Origin: Nemertoderma westbladi
Lineage: Eukaryota; Animalia; Xenacoelomorpha
Assembly (NCBI GenBank): GCA_032718475.1
Contig: JAUCBJ010006822.1
Coordinates: 1 to 64,000, forward strand
Length of the DNA stretch: 64,000 nucleotides
Direction of reading: 5' to 3'
Each line of letters begins with the position of its first letter. The first letter of the stretch is position 1. A program made the translations under genes and the position numbers. Below, in pieces: positions 24,679 through 38,888 of the stretch. A model generated the notes under the pieces. That model saw nothing but the letters and a program-made list of their open reading frames with translations. It did no database searches and had not been told where the DNA came from.

Positions 24679-26182
24679 TTAGGAACCGAGAGGTTCATTA
24701 CTGTAAGAATTGTTGGCTGATTGATTGACTGGCTGGCTGACTGACTGGCTGATCTACAGCCAAAACTACTCTAACGATTTTGATGAAATTTTCACAGTGG
24801 CTTGATACCGCGATTCTAAGGTCCCTGGTATGTTCCGCTATTTCGTCCATGAGCCGTGGGCTCGAAAAATAGACATAAACGAAAAAACGCCATAGGCGCA
24901 ATGGTAAAATAACACCAATGACAGCTGGTGTCATGATGAAAAATGACTTATGTAATGCATTTCTACAGAAGGCTTAGTATAAATCGATGAGGTTGCCAAG
25001 ATTATTGTACTTAGTACACCCATACTGTTTGTTTAGGCCCTGCCAAAGCAAATATAAACTGGTTGGTTTAGTTTGAAATCTATTATTGCCTCAGCTGAAT
25101 AACTCTTCCCAATGCATTCTAGTTGAGTATCCAAGTTTCTCCCTCTGCTAATGTAAGCTGAATGACGGTTTAGTACACAGTGTGTTGGCTACATTAATGC
25201 CAACATTCTTGCAAAATGTTTTATTGTTGGATTACTCTCTGTCAGTCTCCCCTTCAGAACATTGTATAGGGAATTTACTTTAGTTTACTCTACTGTGCCA
25301 TTCAGCTGAATGGATTTGAGCGATTGCCAAGTTACAGAGTTGGATCATTCTCTGACCATAGGCAAAGACATCAAATCTTGTTAAAAATATACTTTTTCCA
25401 TGTTTTTTTTTCTGACCAAAAATTAAAAAAAAATTTTTTCGTAGCCAGTACTGCCAATCGATTCGCCATCAAAAATAACGCCAAAAAATTTTTTGCAAAA
25501 TTTTAAATTACTGTAAATTTTTGGTGGCGACTGGGGGGGGGGGGTCAATTTTTTTCGATCCGCTATAACTCCGGAACGCTTTGTCCAAATTCGATGGGGT
25601 TTTCATTTTTCAACTTAATTCGATGTCCTCTTTCAGCCTATCCATGTTTCGAAACCCCAAACAGCGCCGTTCAAAAATTAATTTTTTCTAGTTCTAGAAT
25701 TTTACAAATTTCAAAAAAGTTGCAGTATTTTATTAACGCCTTTACGGAATTCGATAGCGTTTTCGATTTTTATATTAAACGCAATATCCTGAATCTCACT
25801 AGCCTAGTTTCGCGCTCACCAATGCCAAGACTTCATACTTTTTGAGGAAAATTTTTCTAGAATAATTTTTATTTAATTACATTTATCGCGATTTCTTATT
25901 ACTGGTTGCACATGAATTGATGGAGTTTTCAATTTATTAACTAAACACGATATCGCGCATCGCACCAGCGTGGTTTCGAAATTCCAAAACGAGGTCTTCA
26001 CTAGTTGCAGGTCGATTTTGTTCTAGAATTGAGCAACTAATAATAGATCGAATTTATTAATAATTATTGTATGAAATATGATTGTATTTTTACATAATTA
26101 TTAGTTCTATACTAATTCTCGTTGTCTCTTTTATTTAAAATAAAAAGTCGGTTCCTTATCGGGCCGCTAGGCCCGTCACTAG
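24679..26182 (+). mobile_element. Unit 13, type A
   Basis: A ends and A body. Confidence 0.9.
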
Positions 26183-27669
26183 TTAGCAAGTCGTTAGACT
26201 TGATTACTGTAAGAATTGTTAGCTGACTGACTGACTGGCTGACTGACTGGCTGGCTGATCTACAGCCAAAACTGCTCTAACGATTTTGATGAAATTTTCA
26301 CAGCATCTAGATACCGCGATTCTAAGGTCCCTGGCATGATCGGCTACTCCGTCCATAGCCTCTGGGCTCGAAAAATAGAGATAAACGAAAAAAACGCCAT
26401 AGGCGCAATGGTAAAATAACACCCATGACAGCTGGTGTCCTGATGAAAAATGGCTTATGTAATGCATTTCTACACAAGGCTTAGTATAAATCGATGAGGT
26501 TGCCAAGAGTATTGTACTTAGTACACCCATACTGTTTGTTTAGGCCCTGCACTCTCTGTCAAAGCAAATATTAACTGGTTGATTTAGTTTGTGGTTCTAC
26601 ACAGGCTTAGTATAAATCGATGAGGCTGCCAACTGGTTGGTTTAGTTTGCAATCTATTACCGCCTCAGCTGAATAACTCTTCCCCCTGCTGAATGACTAT
26701 TAGGTATACAGTGTATCGGCTACATTAATGCCAACATTAATACTGTGGAGGCTGTATGCTTATAAGGTGGAATGTTTACTCAGCCTTATACTGATACTCT
26801 GTAAGGCTAAGACTAACATTATAGTTTGAAATATAAAAATCACTTCTTATTATCTGTATTGGGTTAATAATCACTGTGGCATTCAAAATGTTTTATAGGT
26901 GATTGACATTTAGTGCAAGCTGAATGACTGTTAGTTACAGAGTACTACTGCACTGTATTTTATTTTTAAATCTTTCGTCCAACATTAATACTTTGGAGGT
27001 TGTATGCTTATAAGGCGAATGTTTACTCAGCTTCATACTGATACACTGTAAGGCTAACACTAACGTTATAGTTTAAAACATAAAAATCACTGCTTATTAT
27101 CTGTATCAGGTTACACACTGTGGCATTCAAAATGTTTAAATGTTTTATAGGTGATTGATATTTAGTGCAAGCTGAATGACTGTAGGTTACAGAGTACTAT
27201 TGCACTGTATTTTATTTTTAAATCTTTTGGCCAACATTAATACTGTGGAGGCTGTATGCTTATAAGGCGGAATGTTTACTCAGCCTCATACTGATACTCT
27301 GTAAGGCTTACACTAACATTATAGTTTGAAATATAAAAATAACTGCTTATTATCTGTATTGGGTTAATCACTGTGGCATTCAAAATGTTTTGTTAGGTGA
27401 ATGACATTTAGTGGCTAAGATTATTCTCTGTCAGATTCCCTTCACACCATAGGCAAACATTGTTGAGGCTGAGGGAATTTACTTTAGTTTACTCTACTGA
27501 GTCATTCAGCTGAATGGATTTGAGCAATTGCCAAATTACAGAGTGGGATCTCTCTCTGACCATAGGTAAATAACACTTCCCTTCTGAACATAGGTAAACA
27601 TTGTTGAGGGAACTTACCTTTGATTGACGACTTCCGACTTGCTTAACGGCGTCTTGACGCCGTCTCTAG
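26183..27669 (+). mobile_element. Unit 14, type B-long variant
   Basis: B ends; several substitutions relative to units 2 and 5. Confidence 0.9.
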
Positions 27670-29155
27670 TTAGGAACCGAGAGGTTCATTACTGTAAGAA
27701 TTGCTCGTGGCTGACTGGCTGACTGGCTGGCTGATCTACAGCCAAAACTACTCTAACGATTTTGATGAAATTTTCACAGCATCTAGATACCGCGATTCTA
27801 AGGTCCCTGGCATGATCGGCTACTCCGTCCATAGCCTCTGGGCTCGAAAAATAGAGATAAACGAAAAAACGCCATAGGCGCAATAGTAAAATAACACCAA
27901 TGACAGCTGGTGTCCTGATGAAAAATGGCTTATGTAATGCATTTCTACACAAGGCTTAGTATAAATCGATGAGGTTGCCAAGATTATTATACTCAGTACA
28001 CCCATACTGTTTGTATAGGCCACCACTCTCTGTCAAAGCAAACATTAACTCGTTGGTTTAGTTTGAAATCTAATATCGCCTCAGCTGAATTACTCTTCCC
28101 AATGCGTTCTATGGGAATATCTCACTCTGCTAATGTAAGCTGAATGACTTAAGTACACAGTGCGTTGGCTACATTAATGCCAACATTATTGCAAAATGTT
28201 TTATTGTTGGAATACTCTCTGTCAGTCTCCCCTTCAGAACATTGTATAGGGAATTTACTTTAGTTTACTCTACTGTGCCATTCAGCTGAATGGATTTGAG
28301 CGATTGCCAAGTACAGAGTTGGATCATTCTCTGACCATAGGCAAAGACATCAAATCTTTTTAAAAATATACTTTTTCCATGTTTTTTTTTCTGACCAAAA
28401 ATTTCAAAAAAAAATTTTCGTAGCCAGTACTGCCAATCGATTCGCCATCAAAAATAACGCAAAAAATTTTTTTTGCAAAATTTTAAATTACTGTAAATTT
28501 TTGGCGACTGGGGGGGGTAAATTTTTTTCGATCCGCTATAACTCCTGAACGCTTTGTCCAAATTCGATGGGGTTTTCATTTTTAAACTTAATTCGATGTC
28601 CTCTTTCAGCCTATCCATGTTTCGAAACCCCAAACAGCGCCGTTCAAAAATTAATTTTTTCTAGTTCTAGAATTTTACAAATTTCAAAAAAGTTGCAGTA
28701 TTTTATTAACGCCTTTACGGAATTCGATAGCGTTTTCGATTTTTATATTAAACGCAATATCCTGAATCTCACTAGCCTAGTTTCGCGTCACCAATGCCAA
28801 GACTTCATACTTTTTGAGGAAAATTTTTCTAGAATAATTTTTATTTAATTACATTTATCGCGATTTCTTATTACTGGTTGCACATGAATTGATGGAGTTT
28901 TCAATTTATTAACTAAACACGATATCGCGCATCGCACCAGCGTGGTTTCGAAATTCCAAAACGAGGTCTTCACTAGTTGCAGGTCGATTTTGTTCTAGAA
29001 TTGAGCAACTAATAATAGATCGAATTTATTAATAATTATTGTATGAAATATGATTGTATTTTTACATAATTATTAGTTCTATACTAATTCTCGTTGTCTC
29101 TTTTATATTAAAATAAAAAGTCGGTTCCTTATCGGGCCGCTAGGCCCGTCACTAG
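27670..29155 (+). mobile_element. Unit 15, type A
   Basis: A ends and A body. Confidence 0.9.
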
Positions 29156-31366
29156 TTAGGAACCGAGAGGTTCATTACTGTAAGAATTGCTCGAGACTGG
29201 CTGGCTGGACTGACTGACTGACTGACTGATCTACAGCCAAAACTACTCTAACGATTTTGATGAAATTTTCACAGCGGCTAGATACCGCGATTCTAAGGTC
29301 CCTGGTATGTTCCGCTATTTCGTCCATGAGCCGTGGGCTCGAAAAATAGACATAAACGAAAAAACGCCATAGGCGCAATGATAAAAACACCAGCTGGCAC
29401 TCATGAAAAATGGATAGAGATGGCCTAGTAATGCTATTCTATAGGAATGGCCACCTAACAAGGAAATGCTTTCTGTGCCAAGTATTATCCTCACTCTACA
29501 ACTCAGACAGTGAGCAAACATAAGCTGTGGGCTTCTAATGTATTACATCATAAGCTGATTGCTCTCCCAATAGCCCTCACACACTCACTGAATCGAATGA
29601 AATCGAATATCTATTAGCTTAATGCGAATAGCTGGTAAGCTGAATGCCATTTTAGTTATTGTGTACTGTTGACTGTAGAGTTGACTGCCATGTTGTATGT
29701 ATTTAATTAAAATAATTTTCGTAGAGGGAAGTTAATTTGGGATTACTCTCTATCAGATGTAAGCAATGGGGTGGGTCATGGGACCCAAATATAGTACATT
29801 ATGCATATGCAGGGCAAACATTAATAAAATCATTCAGTCAACCTGAAGGGTATTTGCTTTAGTTAACTACTGTGTGAAAAGCGAATTTATGATGTTACCC
29901 ATACTTCAGGTAAATGAATTTTTAGATATTTTGTACTGAAGGCAAGGATTTCTGATATAATTAAAATACAAGACAGGGGCTTGTTTCGATATATGTAGTT
30001 GCGCCCTTCGAGCAACACGTGAGTTAATCAAATATTAGACACAATGTTTGAGTTGTCCCTTCGAGCAGCACGTGAGTTTGGCTTTGACCCTTCGATATAT
30101 GTATTTGCGCCCTTCGAGCAGCACGTGAGTTACATCAAATAATAGACACACTGTTTGACTTTGTCCCTTCGAGCAGCACGTGAGTTTTGCTTTGACCCTT
30201 GATATATGATGTTGTGCCCTTCGAGCAGCACGTGAGTTACATCAAATAATAGACACACTGTTTGACTTTGTCCCTTCGAGCAGCACGTGAGTTTGGCTTT
30301 GACCCTTCCAGCAGCATGTGTCAATCGAGCCGAATCATACCGATCGAGCCGAATAGAACCAATCGAGGCGATCAAGCCGAGTCGAGCCCAATCGAGCCGA
30401 ACGGAGCCGAGTTGAGCCCAATCAAGCCGAGCGAGCCAGACTGAGCCGATTCAAGCCCAATCGAGTCGAGTCGAGCCCAATAGAGCCGAGTCGAGCCCAA
30501 TCAATCCTAGTCGAGCCCAATTGAGCCGGACTGGGCCAAGTCGAGCCCAATCGAGCCAGACTGTGCCAAGTTGAGCCAAATCGAACCGGGTCAAGCCCAA
30601 TCAATCCCAATCGAGCCGAGTTGAGCGGATTGAGCCGAATCGAGCCCAATTGAGCCAAGTCGAGCCGGACCGAGCCAAGTCGAACCGAATCGAGCCGATT
30701 GAGCCGAATCGAGCTGAGTCGACTCAGACCGAGCTGAGCCGAAACCAATCGAGCCGAGTCGAGCCGTGACATGCCAAATTGAGCCGGACTGAGTCGAGTC
30801 AAGACCAATCAAGCCGAGTCGAGCCCAATCGATCCGGACGGAGCCGAGTTGAGCCTAATCAAGCCGAGTCGAGCCCGACTGAGCCGAGTTAAGCCCAATC
30901 GAACCGAGTCGAGCCCAATAGAGCCGAGTAGAGCCCAATCAAGCCTAGTCGAGCCCAATTGAGCCGGACCAAGCCCAGTCGAGCCGGACTGAGCCAAGTT
31001 GAGCCAAATCGAGCCGAGTCAAGCCCAATTAATCCCAATCGAGCCGATTCAAGCCCAATCGAGCCGAGTCGAGACCAATCGAGCCCAATCGAGCCGATTC
31101 AAGCCCAATCGAGCCGAGTCGAGACCAATCGAGCCGAGTCGAGCCCAATTGAGCCAAGTCAAGCCGAACCAAGCCGAGTCGAACCCAATCAAGCCGATTG
31201 AGCCGAATCGAGCTGAGTCGAGTCGAGCCCAATCGAGCCAAACCGAGCCGATCAAGCCAAGTCGAACTGAATCGAGCCCAATCATGCCAGACCGAGCCGA
31301 GCTCGTTGTCTCCTTTATTTGAAATAAAAAGTCGGTTCCTTATCGGGCCGCTAGGCCCGTCACTAG
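29156..31366 (+). mobile_element. Unit 16, type C with degenerate pentamer tract
   Basis: A ends, C body; about 30323-31305 is a mosaic of CGAGC/CCAAT/CGAGT/CAAGC pentamers. Confidence 0.9.
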
Positions 31367-32861
31367 TTAGGAACCGAGAGGTTCATTACTGTAAGAATTG
31401 CTCGAGACTGGCTGGCTGACTGACTGACTGATCTACAGCCAAAACTACTCTAACGATTTTGATGAAATTTTCACAGCGGCTAGATACCGCGATTCTAAGG
31501 TCCCTGGTATGTTCCGCTATTTCGTCCATGAGCCGTGGGCTCGAAAAATAGACATAAACGAAAAAACGCCATAGGCGCAATGGTAAAATAACACCAATAA
31601 CAGCTGGTGTCGTGATGAAAAATGGCTTATGTAATGCATTTCTACAGAAGGCTTAGTAATAAATCGATGAGGTTGCCAAGATTATTATACTCAGTACACC
31701 CATACTGTTTGTATAGGCCACCACTCTCTGTCAAAGCAAACATTATTAACTGGTTGGTTTAGTTTGAAATCTAATATCGCCTCAGCTGAATTACTCTTCC
31801 CAATGCCATCTATGGGAATATCTCACTCTGCTAATGTAAGCTGAATGACTGTTACGTACACAGTGAGTTGGCTACATTAATGCCAACATTATTGCAAAAT
31901 GTTTTATTGTTGGATTACTCTCTGTCAGTCATCCCCTTCAGAACATTGTATAGGGAATTTACTTTAGTTTACTCTACTGTGCCATTCAGCTGAATGGATT
32001 TGAGCGATTGCCAAGTTACAGAGTTGGATCATTCTCTGACCATAGGCAAAGACATCAAATCTTTTTAAAAATATACTTTTTCCATGTTTTTTTTTCTGAC
32101 CAAAAATTTCAAAAAAAAATTTTTCGTAGCCAGTACTGCCAATCGATTCGCCATCAAAAATAACGCAAAAAATTTTTTTTGCAAAATTTTAAATTACTGT
32201 AAATTTTTGGCGACTGGGGGGGGGTCAATTTTTTTCGATCCGCTATAACTCCGGAACGCTTTGTCCAAATTCGATGGGGTTTTCATTTTTCAACTTAATT
32301 AGATGTCCTCTTTCAGCCTATCCATGTTTCCAAACCCCAAACAGCGCCGTTCAAAAATTAATTTTTTCCAGTTCTAGAATTTTACAAATTTCAAAAAAGT
32401 TGCAGTATTTTATTAACGCCTTTACGGAATTCGATAGCGTTTTCGATTTTTATATTAAACGCAATATCCTGAATCTCACTAGCCTAGTTTCGCGTCACCA
32501 ACGCCAAGACTTCATACTTTTTGAGGAAAATTTTTCTAGAATAATTTTTATTTAATTACATTTATCGCGATTTCTTATTACTGGTTGCACATGAATTGAT
32601 GGAGTTTTCAATTTATTAACTAAACACGATATCGCGCATCGCACCAGCGTGGTTTCGAAATTCCAAAACGAGGTCTTCACTAGTTGCAGGTCGATTTTGT
32701 TCTAGAATTGAGCAACTAATAATAGATCGAATTTATTAATAATTATTGTATGAAATATGATTGTATTTTTACATAATTATTAGTTCTATACTAATTCTCG
32801 TTGTCTCTTTTATTTAAAATAAAAAGTCGGTTCCTTATCGGGCCGCTAGGCCCGTCACTAG
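31367..32861 (+). mobile_element. Unit 17, type A
   Basis: A ends and A body. Confidence 0.9.
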
Positions 32862-35800
32862 TTAGGAACCGAGAGGTTCATTACTGTAAGAATTGCTCGT
32901 GACTGACTGACTGACTGGCTGGCTGAGCTGATCTACAGCCAAAACTACTCTAACGATTTTGATGAAATTTTCACAGCGGCTAGATACCGCGATTCTAAGG
33001 TCCCTGGTATGTTCCGCTATTTCGTCCATGAGCCGTGGGCTCGAAAAATGGACATAAACGAAAAAACGCCATAGGCGCAATGGTAAAATAACACCAATAA
33101 CAGCTGGTGTCGTGATGAAAAATGGCTTATGTAATGGATTTCTACACAAGGCTTAGTAACTAGAGACGGCGTCAAGACGCCGTTAAGCAAGTCGGAAGTC
33201 GTCAATCAAAGGTAAGTTCCCTCAACAATGTTTACCTTTGTTCAGAAGGGAAGTGTTATTTATCTATGGTCAGAGAGAGATCCCACTCTGTAATTTGGCA
33301 ATTGCTCAAATCCATTCAGCTGAATGACTCAGTAGAGTAAACTAAAGTAAATTCCCTCAGCCTCAACAATGTTTGCCTATGGTGTGAAGGGAATCTGACA
33401 GAGAATAATCTTAGCCACTAAATGTCATTCACCTAACAAAACATTTTGAATGCCACAGTGATTAACCCAATACAGATAATAAGCAGTTATTTTTATATTT
33501 CAAACAATAATGTTAGTGTAAGCCTTACAGAGTATCAGTATGAGGCTGAGTAAACATTCCGCCTTATAAGCATACAGCCTCCACAGTATTAATGTTGGCC
33601 AAAAGATTTAAAAATAAAATACAGTGCAATAGTACTCTGTAACCTACAGTCATTCAGCTTGCACTAAATATCAATCACCTATAAAACATTTAAACATTTT
33701 GAATGCCACAGTATGTAACCTGATACAGATAATAAGCAGTGATTTTTATGTGTTAAACTATAACGTTAGTGTTAGCCTTACAGTGTATCAGTATGAAGCT
33801 GAGTAAACATTCGCCTTATAAGCATACAACCTCCAAAGTATTAATGTTGGACGAAAGATTTAAAAATAAAATAAGAGTGCAGTACTGTAGTACTCTGTAA
33901 CTAACAGTCATTCAGCTTGCACTAAATGTCAATCACCTATAAAACATTTTGAATGCCACAGTGATTATTAACCCAATACAGATAATAATAAGTGATTTTT
34001 ATATTTCAAACTATAATGTTAGTCTTAACCTTACAGAGTATCAGTATAAGGCTGAGTAAACATTCCACCTTATAAGCATACAGCTTCCACTGTATTAATG
34101 TTGGCATTAATGTAGCCAATAACCTGTACCTAACAGTCATTCAGCAGGGGGAAGAGTTATTCAGCTGAGGCGGTAATAGATTGCAAACTAAACCAACCAG
34201 TTGGCAGCCTCACCGATTTATACTAAGCCTGTGTAGAACCACAAACTAAATCAACCAGTTAATATTTGCTTTGACAGAGTGTCCTAGGGCCTAAACAAAC
34301 AGTATGGGTGTACTAAGTATAATAATCTTGGCAACCTCATCGATTTATTACTAAGCCTTGTGTAGAAATGCATTACATAAGCCATTTTTCATCAGGACAC
34401 CAGCTGTCATTGGTGTTATTTTACCATTGCGCCTATGGCGTTTTTTCGTTTATCTCTATTTTTCGAGCCCAGAGGCTATGGACGGAGTAGCCGATCATGC
34501 CAGGGACCTTAGAATCGCGGTATCTAGATGCTGTGAAAATTTCATCAAAATCGTTAGAGTAGTTTTGGCTGTAGATCAGCCAGCCAGTCAGCCAGCCAGC
34601 CAGCCAGTCAGTCAGTCAACAATTCTTACAGTAATCAAGTCTAACGACTTGCTAATAAATCGATGAGGTTGCCAAGATTATTATACTTAGTATTACACCC
34701 ATACTGTTTGTTTAGGCCCTGCACTCTTTGTCAAAGCAAATATTAACTGGTTGGTTTAGTTTGAAATCTATTATCGCCTCAGCTGAATTACTCTTCCCAA
34801 TGCAATCTATGGGAATATCTCACTCTGCTAATGTAAGCTGAATGACTGTTACTTACACAGTGTAGTTGGCTACATTAATGCCAACATTATTGCAACATGT
34901 TTTATTGTTGGATTACTCTCTGTCAGTCTCCCCTTCAGGAACATTGTATAGGGAATTTACTTTAGTTTACTCTACTGTGCCATTCAGCTGAATGGGTTTG
35001 AGCGATTGCCAAGTTACAGAGTTGGATCATTCTCTGACCATAGGCAAAGACATGAAATCTTTTTAAAAATATACTTTTTCCATGTTTTTTTTTCTGACCA
35101 AAAATTTCAAAAAAAAAAATTTTCGTAGCCAGTACTGCCAATCGATTCGCCATCAAAAATAACGCAAAAAATTTTTTTTGCAAAATTTTAAATTACTGTA
35201 AATTTTTGGCGACTGGGGGGGGGGTCAATTTTTTTCGATCCGCTATAACTCCGGAACGCTTTGTCCAAATTCGATGGGGTTTTCATTTTTCAACTTAATT
35301 CGATGTCCTCTTTCAGCCTATCCATGTTTCGAAACCCCAAACAGCGCCGTTCAAAAATTAATTTTTTCTAGTTCTAGAATATTACAAATTTCAAAAAAGT
35401 TGCAGTATTTTATTAACGCCTTTACGGAATTCGATAGCGTTTTCGATTTTTATATTAAACGCAATATCCTGAATCTCACGAGCCTAGTTTCGCGTCACCA
35501 ATGCCAAGACTTCATACTTTTTGAGGAAAATTTTTCTAGAATAATTTTTATTTAATTACATTTATCGCGATTTCTTATTACTGGTTGCACATGAATTGAT
35601 GGAGTTTTAAATTTATTAACTAAACACGATATCGCGCATCGCACCAGCGTGGTTTCGAAATTCCAAAACAAGGTCTTCACTAGTTGCAGGTCGATTTTGT
35701 TCTAGAATTGAGCAACTTTACTTTACTTTTACTTTTAACTAATAATGGATCGAATTTATTAATAATTATTGTACAGTATGAAATATGATTGTATTTTTAG

Positions 35801-35889
35801 ATAATTATTAGTTCTATACTAATTCTCGTTGTCTCTTTTATTTAAAATAAAAAGTCGGTTCCTTATCGGGCCGCTAGGCCCGTCACTAG
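32862..35889 (+). mobile_element. Unit 18, type A, interrupted by an inverted B-long copy
   Basis: Removing 33160-34655 restores GCTTAGTAA|TAAATCG. Confidence 0.9.
33160..34655 (-). mobile_element. Inverted complete B-long element (1496 bp) nested in unit 18
   Basis: Begins CTAGAGACGGCGTCAAGACGCCGT and ends CTAACGACTTGCTAA; no TSD. Confidence 0.93.
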
Positions 35890-37379
35890 TTAGGAACCGA
35901 GAGGTTCATTACTGTAAGAATTGCTTGTGGCTGACTGACTGACTGACTGACTGATCTACAGCCAAAACTACTCTAACGATTTTGATGAAATTTTCACAGC
36001 GGCTAGATACCGCGATTCTAAGGTCCCTGGTATGTTCCGCTATTTCGTCCATGAGCCGTGGGCTCGAAAAATAGATATAAACGAAAAAACGCCATAGGCG
36101 CAATGGTAAAATAACACCAATAACAGCTGGTGTCCTGGTGAAAAATGGCTTATGTAATGCATTTCTACACAAGGCTTAGTAATAAATCGATGAGGTTGCC
36201 AAGATTATTATACTCAGTACACCCATACTGTTTGTATAGGCCACCACTCTCTGTCAAAGCAAATATTAACTGGTTGGTTTAGTTTGAAATCTAATATCGC
36301 CTCAGCTGAATTACTCTTCCCAATGCATTCTATGGGAATATCTCACTCTGCTAATGTAAGCTGAATGACTTTACGTACACAGTGTGTTGGCTACATTAAT
36401 GCCAACATTATTGCAAAATGTTTTATTGTTGGATTACTCTCTGTCAGTCTCCCCTTCAGAACATTGTATAGGGAATTTACTTTAGTTTACTCTACTGTGC
36501 CATTCAGCTGAATGGATTTGAGCGATTGCCAAGTTACAGAGTTGGATCATTCTCTGACCATAGGCAAAGACATCAAATCTTTTTAAAAATATACTTTTTC
36601 CATGTTTTTTTTTCTGACCAAAAATTTCAAAAAAAAATTTTTCGTAGCCAGTACTGCCAATCGATTCGCCATCAAAAATAACGCAAAAAATTTTTTTTGC
36701 AAAATTTTAAATTACTGTAAATTTTTGGCGACTGGGGGGGGGTCAATTTTTTTCGATCCGCTATAACTCCGGAACGCTTTGTCCAAATTCGATGGGGTTT
36801 TCATTTTTCAACTTAATTCGATGTCCTCTTTCAGCCTATCCATGTTTCGAAACCCCAAACAGCGCCGTTCAAAAATTAATTTTTTCTAGTTCTAGAATTT
36901 TACAAATTTCAAAAAAGTTGCAGTATTTTATTAACGCCTTTACGGAATTCGATAGCGTTTTCGATTTTTATATTAAACGCAATATCCTGAATCTCACTAG
37001 CCTAGTTTCGCGTCACCAATGCCAAGACTTCATACTTTTTGAGGAAAATTTTTCTAGAATAATTTTTATTTAATTACATTTATCGCGATTTCTTATTACT
37101 GGTTGCACATGAATTGATGGAGTTTTCAATTTATTAACTAAACACGATATCGCGCATCGCACCAGCGTGGTTTCGAAATTCCAAAACGAGGTCTTCACTA
37201 GTTGCAGGTCGATTTTGTTCTAGAATTGAGCAACTAATAATAGATCGAATTTATTAATAATTATTGTATGAAATATGATTGTATTTTTACATAATTATTA
37301 GTTCTATACTAATTCTCGTTGTCTCTTTTATTTAAAATAAAAAGTCGGTTCCTTATCGGGCCGCTAGGCCCGTCACTAG
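35890..37379 (+). mobile_element. Unit 19, type A
   Basis: A ends and A body. Confidence 0.9.
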
Positions 37380-38888
37380 TTAGGAACCGAGAGGTTCATT
37401 ACTGTAAGAATTGCTCGAGACTGGCTGGCTGGCTGGCTGGCTGACTGACTGACTGACTAATCTACAGCCAAAACTACTCTAACGATTTTGATGAAATTTT
37501 CACAGCGGCTAGATACCGCGATTCTAAGGTCCCTGGTATGTTCCGCTATTTCGTCCATGAGCCGTGGGCTCGAAAAATAGACATAAACGAAAAAACGCCA
37601 TAGGCGCAATGGTAAAATAACACCCATGACAGCTGGTGTCGTGATGAAAAATGGCTTATGTAATGCATTTCTACAGAAGGCTTAGTAATAAATCGATGAG
37701 GTTGCCAAGATTATTATACTCAGTACACCCATACTGTTTGTATAGGCCACCACTCTCTGTCAAAGCAAACATTATGAACTGGTTGGTTTAGTTTGAAATC
37801 TAATATCGCCTCAGCTGAATTACTCTTCCCAATGCAATCTATGGTAATATCTCACTCTGCTAATGTAAGCTGAATGACTGTTACGTACACAGTGAGTTGG
37901 CTACATTAATGCCAACATTATTGCAAAATGTTTTATTGTTGGATTACTCTCTGTCAGTCACCCCTTCAGAACATTGTATAGGGAATTTACTTTAGTTTAC
38001 TCTACTGTGCCATTCAGCTGAATGGATTTGAGCGATTGCCAAGTTACAGAGTTGGATCATTCTCTGACCATAGGCAAAGACATCAAATCTTTTTAAAAAT
38101 ATACTTTTTCCATGTTTTTTTTCTGACCAAAAATTTCAAAAAAAAATTTTTCGTAGCCAGTACTGCCAATCGATTCGCCATCAAAAATAACGCAAAAAAT
38201 TTTTTTTGCAAAATTTTAAATTACTGTAAATTTTTGGCGACTGGGGGGGGGTCAATTTTTTTCGATCCGCTATAACTCCGGAACGCTTTGTCCAAATTCG
38301 ATGGGGTTTTCATTTTTCAACTTAATTAGATGTCCTCTTTCAGCCTATCCATGTTTCCAAACCCCAAACAGCGCCGTTCAAAAAATAATTTTTTCCAGTT
38401 CTAGAATTTTACAAATTTCAAAAAAGTTTCAGTATTTTATTAACGCCTTTACGGAATTCGATAGCGTTTTCGATTTTTATATTAAACGCAATATCCTGAA
38501 TCTCACTAGCCTAGTTTCGCGTCACCAACGCCAAGACTTCATACTTTTTGAGGAAAATTTTTCTAGAATAATTTTTATTTAATTACATTTATCGCGATTT
38601 CTTATTACTGGTTGCACATGAATTGATGGAGTTTTCAATTTATTAACTAAACACGATATCGCGCATCGCACCAGCGTGGTTTCGAAATTCCAAAACGAGG
38701 TCTTCACTAGTTGCAGGTCGATTTTGTTCTAGAATTGAGTAACTAATAATAGATCGAATTTATTAATAATTATTGTATGAAATATGATTGTATTTTTACA
38801 TAATTATTAGTTCTATAATAATTCTCGTTGTCTCTTTTATTTGAAATAAAAAGTCGGTTCCTTATCGGGCCGCTAGGCCCGTCACTAG
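37380..38888 (+). mobile_element. Unit 20, type A
   Basis: A ends and A body. Confidence 0.9.
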
